Part shown: positions 1 to 11,896 of the stretch, piece after piece
Layout: each line of letters begins with the position of its first letter
How positions within the stretch are numbered: position 1 is the stretch's first letter
From: Kudoa neothunni
Taxonomy: Eukaryota; Animalia; Cnidaria
DNA: 48,203 nucleotides
Assembly: GCA_964304625.1 (NCBI GenBank)
Contig: OZ199840.1
Coordinates: 273,509 to 321,711 of the forward strand
Reading direction: 5' to 3'
Program-made: the position numbers and the translations under genes
The notes under the pieces: model-generated
What the model was told of the DNA's origin: nothing
Database searches by the model: none
The model's input: only the letters and a program-made list of their open reading frames with translations

Positions 1-454
1 ATTTCACCACCAATAGAAAACAAAAGTCTCAACAATATAATCCAGGAAAAACTTAATTAATTCATTTAAAAATATTTTATTTATATTCATAATGCTCAAG
101 TAAATGTTTTTAAATAGTTCGAGAAATAAATATCTTATTATAATCTTTTGTAAACGTTAATTTTGTAATATTTCCTCAAATTACGAACTCCACGTCACCC
201 ACTGTAATAAAAATTATATCTAGAATTAGGTCACAAAGAATTAATTCGAAGTCAATGTAAGACGGACAAAAATCTTTTGAACTCACATAAGTTTATAAAA
301 ATAACCATCGGATACCCTATTTTCTCTCTAAAGTCACATGTAAATTTCAAAAAACAATAAATTTAACCAATGATTTGAAATATCAAATAATGTTACGTGA
401 TCGAAAAATTTCTATCTTAAATACTACCCATAAACTTAGTGAACGAAAGCTAAT

Positions 455-3434
455 TTAATCTCTTTTCTTCTTCAATACCACGATGCCAACTATTGCAATA
501 ACCACAACCACAGCAACACATGCAATAATGATTCTAAAATCAGTTAATTCAAATATCAGCACTTAAAAATGTTTACATAAGTTTTGTTTTATCCCTAAAA
601 AATGTTAAATTAAAGAAATCAGTTTACTAAGCTCACCCTGAACTACTCTTTGCTCCTACGATTATAACATTAAATTACATTGTGAACAAATAATATACCT
701 TGTTGTATGTCAGCACCGCCAAAAATTGTATCATCTTCAACACTGTAAACAGTCAAATAATAGTTATTTCCATCAGGTAAATTATTTATTTTGAATTCTT
801 TACAGGTCACAAAGGCAGTACATCTGTCTACGTTTCTTCTCATGCAAGATTTTACTACCGCATTTGACTTGACACTGCTGTTACGTAACTCCCATTTGCA
901 TTTTGATTTATCGTTCATGGTGGCTGGAAGTGTGGTGGTTACAATGAAACTGTTCCCATCACGTGTAATGACGACTGATATCAATTTTGAGGAGTCAGTT
1001 GGGTTTAATTGTGGTGCAGCTAATACAAGTTTCGTTTAAAAAATTCTTAATAGAGACATTAATTGTAATACTTGATTCTATAATATGCTCTTGTTGTGAA
1101 GATTTTCCGATAGCTGTGACTAAAATTTTGTATGTATTTGCTGCTTCATACTCGGGAAATGTTATGGAACTGCAAAAGGGATTTGAAGAACATGTGTTTG
1201 TGCTGCTAGCGGCCTCAGCAAGCTGTGTATCTAAAGATTTCGCTGCTGGCATTAGACCACCATCTGCTACCATTGGCACAGCAATTCTAGCTATGTTGAG
1301 ATCTGCGGAACTTAAACTGGGAGGAGCAGCTGAAGGGGGTGTTGGTGCTACCGGGGCGGTAACAGGTGTCGTTACTTTCGGCACCACTGGACATGTGTAA
1401 TAATCTATGTAATCGTTACCAGTTTTCTTCTTTACGATATAACTGCATGTTGCAGTTGGATCAACGGAATTTAATCTTGCCTTCAATGACAAACCATCCA
1501 AGGTGATCTTGTGTGTTATCGTTAACGTTGTTAATGCTATTAAAAATTTAAAGAGTAAATTATAACTTCAATAACCTGTTCGTATATCTGTGTAATCTTT
1601 TATACCGTAATCCTTATGTGCAATCACCCTGATGTCATAAGGTTTGTTTGGCTCAAGGTCTTCTATCGTAACTTGTTCACTGCAAATTCCTCTACATGGG
1701 GTGTTGCCATTACATTTCGCGTGGAAAAAGCTGTCCAATCCAGCCGGACTCACCAAATATTCACAGGTAGGTTCATTTTTCTTTTGTGCAGATTCAGTCG
1801 TGGTAGCAACCGTAGCTGTAAGAGAGACTGTTGTATCTGTCTTTGTAGGATCAGTTGTTCCATACTCTTTACCTGTTCCCTTTGCTATATATAATTCGTT
1901 ATTTTATACAATAAATACGTTAGAATTTACTTGTTCTTATGAATATATTTTCAGTGAAACTATTTGGATCACTAACTCCCCCAAATGTGATGTCAAGTAT
2001 GTAAGCTTTTCCTGCTGCAAGTCCTTTAATCACTAATGGTGTACAATCAGTTTTGCATCTATTTTCATTGGATCCTCCCCTTTTACTGCCAGTGTCGCAT
2101 GTTGATTCAGTTGGCGAACCTGATGCGATTGTGTCCGCCAAAAAATGTTTAAGAGTACATGAAGTAATTTGTGGACTAGTAGTTCCTTTAAATGAGGTAC
2201 CACCAAACGTAACACCATCCTTAGTATACGCCGAAAGCAAACCTTCACCTGATTCATTAATGGCTAATGAAAATAATACAAAATGAATATTAATCAAAGG
2301 ATTACCAAATTTAATTTGTTCGTAACCTTTTAAATCACCATCAGTGGCTTCTATATCGTGATGCCTTGTTTTGATTAAAATTTTATAAATATTTTTTTCC
2401 GCAGTGCCATTTAGTTCGACGTACTTACAAGGTGCGTAACAACTCTTGTCGGTTCTGCCACAAACGGACGTATATTTTTCAGTATTTCCTGCACTTTGAC
2501 CATTTTTAAGACTAAACAAGCATATTTCAGATGATAACGAATTAGTGAATCTAATTCCGATTTTGCCTTCAGTTTTGTATACAATATAAAACTGAGGCTT
2601 ATAAATGGCTATGTTTTTCTTCATATATTGGTTGGGCATTATATAAAAGAAACTGGGATATTTTCCGCATCTCACTTCGTAATGAGGTAACAATAAATCA
2701 AAATCAACTTTGTTTGTTGAACTCGCAGTATTACAATTTTCCCCCTTGGAACCATCTGCATATTTAGTATCTTTATAATAAATAGGGCAATCTACAGACG
2801 TGCAAGTTTTTGTTTCAAATTTCAGCTGTTCAGTGTCTGTAGACACGGTAATTTGTGGATTAGCCAACAATGCTAAATTTGGTTTATTTTGATACCAAAT
2901 TAAACAAAATTACGTATTGAATATCCGAATACTTTTGATCCTGCTCCATTAACTTTTTCTTTAATAGTAGCTGTGTCAGTGCCAACGTAGACATATATGT
3001 ATTTGGTTCTTGGTGATAGTTTTTCATAGGTGATTGTATTTAAATTACTACCACAGTCGACAACACATTTATTAGGAGCGTTAGTAGTGTCAGTAGCAGT
3101 GCAACCTTGGATATCTGCAAACGCAGCTGGTATTTCTGAATTAGCTGCAATTTCTGCCTCGTTAGATCGTCTTAAAAGGCACTTATTTCCTTCTTGATAT
3201 TCGGAGCCTCCGAGATTGATTTTAATTTTGTCTGGGTCATTATTTGAACCTTTCACAATCTGATATTTCAGCGTTTTTGTCGGAGCTGTGGGTGCAGGTG
3301 AAGCTGCATCTGGTGGGTTTGAAGTTCCATTAGCAATGGCTTTTCTTGATATTAAAACACCTAAACCTACATTAGCATTCAAAATAACTCAGGAAGATAC
3401 CTAAAACAAGGTAGAGAAATCCAGCTATTTTCAT
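455..3434 (-). CDS. Paralogue A: ~863-aa type I membrane protein with tandem 4-Cys FN3-like modules (10 exons)
   Basis: Hand-spliced exons (minus): 3434-3401, 3360-2914, 2872-2306, 2263-1931, 1884-1576, 1536-1072, 1019-699, 655-637, 594-577, 533-455. All introns are GT-AG, 39-52 nt. Total 2592 nt with an open frame. Signal peptide MKIAGFLYLVLGVLISRKAIA; FN3-like motifs such as ITYEKLSPRTKYIYVYV and VTIEDLEPNKPYDIRVIA; C-terminal LIIIIACVAVVVVIAIVGIVVL-KKKRD*. Joins ORFs 2900-3382, 1920-2870, 1568-1756, 995-1501 and 670-984. Confidence 0.88.
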
Positions 3435-3463
3435 GGTTGACAATTAAATGACCTACTAATTGA

Positions 3464-3494
3464 TGGTTCGGAATACAATTGACCCGAATTTCAC
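3464..3494 (-). promoter_or_regulatory. Conserved upstream motif of paralogue A
   Basis: Reverse complement GTGAAATTCGGGTCAATTGTATTCCGAACCA, ~30-60 nt before the ATG. Also present at 16807-16837 and 29271-29301. Confidence 0.5.
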
Positions 3495-4779
3495 TTATTT
3501 ATGGATATAATGATTCATTCATTGTCAGATGGCAATATTTAGACTAGGCAACAATTATCCAAGTTACTACAAAATTAATCTAAATCAATTTTTTGCAATC
3601 TAACTTAAATCGTTGTGGTATATTAATTATGACTTATAATGGAATTAAAATTTTCTCCATGATAAATTGTTTTTACGGAAATATCGAAGTATAATGTTAA
3701 GTTTTAGCAAAATAATGGTAATATTATTTATTATAGTGAGTATTCAATGGTAATGATGTGCTTACCGTTTACCAAAATTCGACATCATGTCGTGACTTTT
3801 TCCGAAGATATAGTTCATTCACTCTAAAAAGTTTCAGCAGACAAAAATAAATTAATTTTTTTGTTTTTAGTGTTCCTAAATTCGTTATCTTAATCCTCGG
3901 TGTTGGGCATTAATCTCTTTACAATAATATTTTGAGTATTGTTTTCCAGGTTTAACACATGTAAATAAACATTTTTGTCAACGTATTCTATCTAATTACT
4001 AAAAAATAATTTTTTAAACAAGCGGATTCCCTTTATTTGCAGATTTAATCAATTAAAAATGGGTAAGGAGACGGCTATTAAATTTCAACCGCTAAACTTC
4101 ATTTATTTTTGCCGATTCTCTCACGATAATTTTTTTACAATTCTACATGTTGGACAAAATCGTTCAATTCTCAAAAAATTTAGTTATAAAATTTAATAAA
4201 TCATCGGATTAATCTCCCAGTTGTGTTATTTAAGCCTGTATTATATATATTAGGATTTAAATTGTTATTTCCTACTTGTATCATGTATACTTCATAGTAT
4301 GCACTTTTCATTGTCCATAATGAATCAGATATTTTTTACCAAATGATCAGATGGAATAGTTCGCGTTAATAATGGTTAGATTCACAATTCGATGGTGTAA
4401 AACTAAGGTAACTCCCCGAACTGGTACTTTGTTTCGGGTTGGAATTTGTTTTATCATCCCCAAAACATAACAGTGAAGATGATATGTATGATTATTTACA
4501 ACTGGAACATGGATGAAACTATTCTATCCGCCTTTGAAAATACTAATGTAACCACAAGAACACCGGGCTATTGTTAAAAAATTAAGAATATTCGTGCGTT
4601 TAATGTTCATAAGCTTAAGCCTTTTGATGGTAAAAAGCATTTCATTCAAAATGAAAAAATAATCCTTCACGGAAAGCAGAAAAATTATTGGGTCGTTGGC
4701 CGGCACCTTATATGAATTTTTTTGAAAACTATGGCGTGCCAATTATTTATCATTTCATCAAATTATGTATCGCAGTAAC

Positions 4780-7334
4780 TGTAATGAGGGAGTATCCATC
4801 TCCAAAAATTCGGCATCTTCCCGTGCACGCGCATTCCAATTGTGTTATAATTTAATTTAACACATTTTTAAAATATTGAGTGATCACAAATCAGACCAAA
4901 ATTTTTATTCTGAAGAGTTACAAAAAATCTCACGTCGGCAACAATCGGACAGCGCGCAATGTAATGCACATACCTTTTCATAACCTTTTTCAGCCTAATT
5001 TGTCATAAATAATTCATGAAATTTATATTTCTAATTTTTATAATATTATCAAATATGTTCTGTGAATTATTAATGAAATTGGACCGGAAGGATATATGTC
5101 AGTTATTTATTGTGTTTTTTAACCTTAAGTTTTCATTTTTTACATTAACGACTCTTAATTGTTACTTATAAATTTATTATTTAGTTCATATATTTTTTTG
5201 GTGTATTAATATTAAATATATAACGGTATACCGAACAAACCATATTGAAGAAATTGAAAACCTTATGATATTAAAAACAATATAATGAATAATTCGTTAA
5301 CTATTTATAATTAGATTATAAACAAGTCCAAAATAAAATATTTAATGTTGATTTGTACAAATATATCAACTACTTTGAGGAACGATCCGTGATAACTATA
5401 ATTCATAATTAATGTATTGCATAATCGTGTTGATTATCAACACTGAGAAACAATTGTGAGTCAAAAATAAAAAATTTGTTTTTCTTAAAAAATTTCATAA
5501 TCTAATTTCATTTATAAGGAAAAATTATTTTTTCATTAATAAAGCCTTAACGGTAAATCATAAACATATATTTTAATTTATTATCATTAAACGAAAATAC
5601 GCGAGAAACCTCAAATATATTTATTGCAAATATAATTTTAATTTTTAGTTAATACTAATACGGTAAAATCTAAAGTTTTCTTAAGTTTTTTGACAAATAG
5701 CAGTATATAAAAGATGAAAGGAATCAAAACACAAATATTTTGTTTTACTAGCTATTATTTAATTAGTAAATAGTAGCGATCGCTGTTAAAATATATTCGA
5801 AGAAATTCCAATATCATTTATGAACGGAACGCGACCATGATTCATGTAGGTTGGAATCCAGCTGATTTCGTGGTACACCGCTCATTTTCCGAATGAGTTT
5901 TGTTTTGAGATGATGCCACACAACCTCGACCGTATTAGTATGGTAACCCTCTGGAGTGACGTACTCTTTAGAATGATTAACGGTTATATAGTTATAGCCG
6001 TAAATTCGGAGAGAGGTATACCCCAACCACTTGTCAGTATAGATTGTAGTCCCGTTTTCAACTTCCTGTAAGACGAGTTGGGTCAACGTTCGTTTATCCC
6101 TTTTTTGGACAATAAAAAATCTAGATTCTAACAATTTGCGTTTGTCATCATCTACAGAGCATTCGCAAATGCCAACAACCCAAGGGCCGTTTATTCTGTA
6201 ACCATACCATTCATTTCTCCGCTGACTTCTCAAAGGAGTCGCTTCACGGAATAACCTAATCCTTAAGAAATGGTTAGGGCTGGCCAACCATCTGTCCATG
6301 CTTAAAAATCTTCCCCGGTTATTTTTACGGCGACCCCTTAATAAACATTCGTCAATTTCGACGATTCGATTTTCTCCGCCCATTTGCTCGCGTCGTTGGA
6401 ACATTTTATAACAAATACTCCACAACGCTGAATACCAAAATGTAACGGTTTTCTCGGTTATTTGAGTTAATGCCACCACCTTGCATCTTTGCTCTTCAAT
6501 ACACCAAAGTTATATTAACTCAAATAGCTGAGACACTGTTAATTTGGATACATTCGTCCCCATCGCGTTATTGATGCCAAAGAAGGTAGAGGTCCTGGGT
6601 GAAAAATGCGTTCTACAGTCGCTCTTAAAAATAATATTTTAAAAACTATACATAAAATAAAAGTCCTTTGAACATGTATACGAGTATTTCTCAATATCAT
6701 CGTCACAAAGATCGATTGAAGTATTGTTTCTTTTTCTCGTTGTAACTTGGAGGCGTAGAGTGTTATACCTGTGGCAATTCTTGCACCGAGCAGGCGTTTT
6801 TTGTAATAGACCCTTATTCGCTAGGTAAGTAAATAGAGCACTCACGTTAAACAAAAGTTTATAAAATTGACGCTGAAGTGAAAATTCCGCCATCGAAAAA
6901 ACTTTTGTTAATCGGATTAAATTATAAAAACATAAATTTTTAAATTTAATGTGAGATAGCAATATATCAGTTACTATTACATCTATAATTATTGAAAATT
7001 CAAAACACCGCTAAATAAAATATCTCCTATCCTGTGTGATTCTTTAATCGCGAGAACATATTTGATAATATTATAAACATTAGAAATATAAATTTCATGA
7101 ATTATTTATGACAAATTAGGTTGAAAAAGGTTATGAAAAGGTATGAGCATTACATTGCGCGCTGTCCGATTGTTGCCGAAGTGAGATTTTTTGCAACTCT
7201 TTAGAATAAAAATTTTGGTCTGATTTGTGATTACTCAATATTTTAAAAATGTGTTAAATTAAATTATAACACAATTGGAATACGCGTGCAAGGGAAGATG
7301 CCGAATTTTTGGAACTGGATACTCCCTCATTACC
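4780..7334 (-). mobile_element. Merlin (IS1016/ISXO2-like) DNA transposon with ~280-bp terminal inverted repeats
   Basis: 4781-~5061 (GTAATGAGGGAGTATCC...AAATATGTTCT) is the near-perfect reverse complement of ~7053-7333 (...GGATACTCCCTCATTAC). The right terminus reads GG on the minus strand. Encloses an ISXO2-type transposase. No target-site duplication (TSD) recognised. Confidence 0.88.
5814..6893 (-). pseudogene. ISXO2/IS1595-family DDE transposase, disrupted
   Basis: ORF 5814-6479 has VEIDEC, WVVGICE, IYTDKWLGY, TVNHS and HTNTVEVVWHHLK motifs typical of DDE_Tnp_IS1595/Merlin. The upstream ORF 6639-6962 carries a CKNC zinc-ribbon-like piece. Stops and frameshifts lie between them. Confidence 0.85.
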
Positions 7335-8423
7335 GTGTCCTTTATGTTTAAAAGAGGGAAATTTCTGTTTTTAAGGTCCATACTCTACTTAGGACTTTAC
7401 CCATACTAACTATCGTACATTCTTGTAATAGAGCATACTTGTAAAATCAGATTTAATGTCCTCTAAAAAGCTCCTAAATTGCCTATATAAAAGGACTCTC
7501 GATCTTATCACATTAGCGGCACACTTTACAGGGTCCAAAACGTGCTTGAATTTCAATGAAGATTTACACAAGCTTTCTTGATGTTTAATACAATGAAAAG
7601 ACAAAATTTTGTGTGATGGGAAATTTTCATTGATTTTACCATTCATCAGTTTTATTAACCCGGAGTGTTTTCCAACGAGTGAAGGCCCTCCATCAGTAGT
7701 GACACTGGTGAGTTTGTCCAAGTTTAAACCAGAACAGTTCCAACTATTCATAACGCTATCAAAAAAATCTTGTCCAGTTGTTGTGTTCTTCAAGTATTCG
7801 AGTGATAAGCGCTCCTCGGTAGTTTCGAAATTATGGTCAATTCCTTTTACAAAAATGAGTAATTGAGTGGTATCGGCAGCATCTTCACGTTCGTTCAAAC
7901 CAATAGAATTGTACTCAAGGTTGGCAATTTTTTTGAACAAAATTTCTTGTGCATTTTGAGATATATTTTCAATCCGTCGAACAATTGTTCTTCGTGATAG
8001 AGGAATAGCTTCAATTTTTGTGATGACTTGAGGATATAAAACACTCATTAATAAACTCTCCATCCGAGAATGCCTTGTTATGTTTCGCAAAATTGTGGGA
8101 AAATATAAAGCTAGTCGTTACTGCATCACCTTGTATGGATGTTGCTTTTCAAAATGAATTTCGTTGGGGTTTTAAATTTTGTACCATATCAGATGACTTC
8201 TTTTTCAATTCTTCGTGGGACAAGTTGCAGCCAAAATTGGAATGCTTGGTTTGATAATGGCGTTTCAAGTTGTATTTTTTGTACACAGCGATTGTGTCTC
8301 AGCAAATCAAACATACATCCTATTATTGATGCTGGTGAAAAAGTACTTCTCAGTCCACTCATGACTGAAACTTTTACATTCATCTTCAATTCTTATTTTT
8401 GTAGATAGATTGAAACTAGCCAT
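7335..8423 (-). pseudogene. hAT (SPIN/Charlie/Buster, GTF2IRD2-like) transposase fragment, truncated at the Merlin element
   Basis: LSRRTIVRRI, DTTQLLIFVKG, TTDGGPSLVG, FHCIKHQESLC and VR*LSMGKVLSRV motifs. A frameshifted N-terminal zinc-finger-like part lies at 8189-8423. Confidence 0.85.
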
Positions 8424-9087
8424 TTTAACAAACTTTTAAAAACGAAGCTTTCATAATAAGTATAAATGGGGTAACCGATATTTATAATGTCATCTTTCGG
8501 CAGATTTATCACCTTTTTTTGAGAGTAGTTTGTTTTGTTAGTTTACATCACTTAATTATAGTAAAAAAATTTATCTCTGTGTATATAAAATCAGAAATAA
8601 TTCGAATAGAAAAATGCTCATTGATGAGTAGATCCATGAATACCGATTGGACGAAGTCTACATTACGATATAAAAAGTTGGAAGCCAATAATTTACAGTG
8701 ATCTTATTATATCACAATTAATCAGCTCCTTAGGACAAATAAGGAGAGATTTTCTAATTTTTATGACCGATGTTATCTATTAGATATTTGAGGTCATTAT
8801 TAATATATATAGTCCTTTTTTAGAAGACCCCTTTATAGATCAAATGTAAAAGTTAATATTTGGACATTACATTATGATATAAAACGATTTTTAATGAAAT
8901 TATTTCTTATTTTTTTAACTATATTCTCTCTTAGAATGATTGTTTGTAGCAATATTATAATTTTAATACTTCATTCACTTATGCATGACGTTTGTGATGA
9001 ATTATTTTAAACTATTAAATACAATGCACATTTAAGTTCTTTAAACTAAAATAAACATTTTAATTATGAGAATTAGGAACATAATTT

Positions 9088-10832
9088 TAAATTTATTAGA
9101 AACAAAAACAATAGATTAAGTATGATTACAAAATTTTGGTATCCGAAAAGTTTGCTCTTTGGAGATGCGAAGAAATATATCCAAGGGTTAGAAATTACAA
9201 CATAAAACTACGATGAAGCAATTTGTATGTTACACAACCGATACAACAACATTATGGGAATAAAATCAAATCATTATATGCTGATAAACAAGAACAAACC
9301 TGCAGTAAACAATATTAAATCCATTAATCAAACATTTAACGATATAGAAGTTAACGTCAGATCGTTGGAACCATGGGGAAGAAGACCAATTCACTACTAT
9401 TGGTATCCTTGATATTGAGAAAATTACTATACGAAATCACAAGCCAAATACTACTTGTTAACGATGGTAAAAAATTACAATTGAGACCTCAGGGAAGAAA
9501 ACATCGTCCACATTCTCCACCACAACAGAAAACCTGTGCCTATTGTCATGGTGGTCATTGGTCTGATGAATGTACATTGTACTCAACGCTAGATCTAGAA
9601 AAGAGAAACTAAATGATAAGTGTTTTAATTGCTTGAAAAGTGGACATAAAATACAACTTTGCTTGAAGAAAAAACCATGTTATCATTGTAAAAAAATCAA
9701 AGGTACACCATTCAAGCCGTTGTGAAATAAAATATCCGTCTACAGAAAATTCAGCCACATTGCTAAACACCAAGAAAAACACTCGCCCACAAATAGCAAA
9801 AATAACGCTAAGAAATCCTGAAAACCCGCATCTTAACGTTCCTGCCTCTGCTCTGTTTAGTACTGGTAGCGAACGAACGTTCATTACCCTAAGACTAGCG
9901 AAAATTTTAAACCTTAAAGTTTTAAAAAAAGAATCCATCCACCTGAACAAATTTTCTACCACCAAATCGCAAACGATAGAGAGCCAACTAATGGAATTCC
10001 TAATCGATACCAAAAAAGGTGCGAAACGCGTTCACGCTAATTCTACAAAGAAAATTACATATCCGGTATGTGACCAGCAAATTCCCACCGGTGTAATCAA
10101 ACAATTGGATTATAATGTTATACGGATTAATGCGAGCAAGTACCAAATGATTCATATAAATGTTCTCATCGGTATGGACTACTTTTGGGAAATTATGAGA
10201 TGTGTGACGGAGCAATTGGCACCGGGATTATATATACTTGATACTGATGTTGGTAACGTCTTAGTTGGCAGAATAAACCCCTCAGATTTAAAAAAGGAAA
10301 AACGCTCAACCATATTACTCTGTACAAACATTCACAATGAAACATATTCCATGGTATTTAATGAAGATTCTAATGATGATAAAAATGAATAATTTTGGGC
10401 TGTGGAATCGATCGGTATAAAAGACCTAGACGATAACGAACAGTATGACTTGGAAATCCAATTTGAACAGAATATCAAAAAAATGGGAAAAGATACACAG
10501 TATCACTTCATTGGAAAAAGGATAGTAAAATTCAACCAACCAACTTCAATCTATCGAAAGGTAGACTGATCAGTTTGATTAGAAGAATCAAGGGTCACAT
10601 GAAATTGATAAAATAATATGTGAATATTATCCAAACTCAATTAACAAAAGGTATTATTGAAAAGGTTTCAGACGAAAAGGCGTTGCCAAAAAACCCTCAT
10701 TATATCCCACATCACCATGTTTTCTCCAACAGCGACACTACAAAATTACGCATAGTTTTCGACTCTTCTGCCAGAGTCAATAACCCTATTTACAGTTTAA
10801 ACCAATGTCTGTACAAAGTTCTGATTGTCATA
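9088..10832 (+). mobile_element. BEL/Pao LTR retrotransposon remnant (gag, protease, start of RT)
   Basis: Gag motif GDAKKYIQGLEITT*NYDEAICMLHNRY, three Cys/His knuckles (CAYCHGGHWSDEC, CFNCLKSGH, CYHCKK), degenerate aspartyl protease ALFSTGSERTFIT, VLIGMDYFW, and RT start YIPHHHV...TTKLRIVFDSSA. Many stops and frameshifts. Confidence 0.88.
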
Positions 10833-11660
10833 GGGCATTTTTGTAAATCTCGATGTTTTAAAAATGTGCCTACTTTGCCAGTCGCTTACGAACATTCAAA
10901 AAAAGCTTGGATGAATGGAGTCATCTTTAGGAGATATCTGTTAAAATTGAATAGCTTTTTCAGGAATAAAGACAAAAAGTAACTCCTATTTGTCGACAAT
11001 GCAAGTTGCCATATTCATTCCGACCTAAGTAATATCACCATCGAGTATCTACCCAAGAATAGTACAAATGTGTTGCAGCCCTTGATCAAGGGATTATTCG
11101 TTCCTTTAAGGTTTCGAACGTTTCAAAATTGATACAAAGGAATATTGCGTACGTTGAAGCCAAAATGACTCCTAACCCTCCAGACCATCTAGATGCTTTG
11201 ATGATGATAAAAAATGCTTAACATGATGTTAATCAACGGACTGTCATTAACTGTTTTGAAAATGCTGGTTTCATCAAACAAGATACAAATATTTTAAATG
11301 TAGTCAATATCACTCAAGCAAATGAAAGTATAGAGCCTGAATTGTCTTTGGAAATCGACGAAATAATGAATGAGGAAGATCAGGAACAAACTAAAGCTGA
11401 TTTTGAAGATTTCGAACAATATTCTGATAAACCGGATAATAAATAAGATAAGGAGTTCCAACTCGAAGTTGAAGACAGCGTCACTTCAAAACGCGCACTA
11501 GAGTGTATAAATAAATTGGAAACCTATTTTAGAACTAATAGACTTTAACATTATCGACTTCTTGTGAATATTGAAGAAAACGTTGTTGGAAACATAAACA
11601 AAAATTTAGTTCAAACGAAAATAACAAACTTCTTCCCAAAAACATTGGATAAATCGTAGT
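10833..11660 (+). pseudogene. Tigger/pogo (DDE_1) transposase C-terminal fragment
   Basis: SKKAWMNGVIF, LFVDNASCH, YLPKNSTNVLQP-DQGII and NCFENAGF motifs, joined directly to the Pao RT within ORF 10620-10982. Confidence 0.8.
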
Positions 11661-11896
11661 ATAAATTTTTTTATTTTATGTATTTTTTGGAGATAATAAA
11701 TGTGATTTAAATGAGTATTTTCGAAGGTATATTTAATTAGCGAATTTCTCCGTTATTACATATTTCTGCAAGACAACATTTGTCACATTATTAGATGAAA
11801 ATCAATGTGATCATTCAAAAATTATGAAAGTGTTGGGTTTTATATTTTCATGTAATAAAATAGATAATAATACTTGCTGTTGGGATTAGCAAAGCT

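Noticed and set aside
4524-4742. ORF with RCSCG as a possible SWIM/Mutator remnant
   Set aside because: Too short and degenerate to support a call.
10620-10982. Apparent RT-transposase fusion ORF
   Set aside because: A chance in-frame junction of two decayed elements, with stops on both sides.
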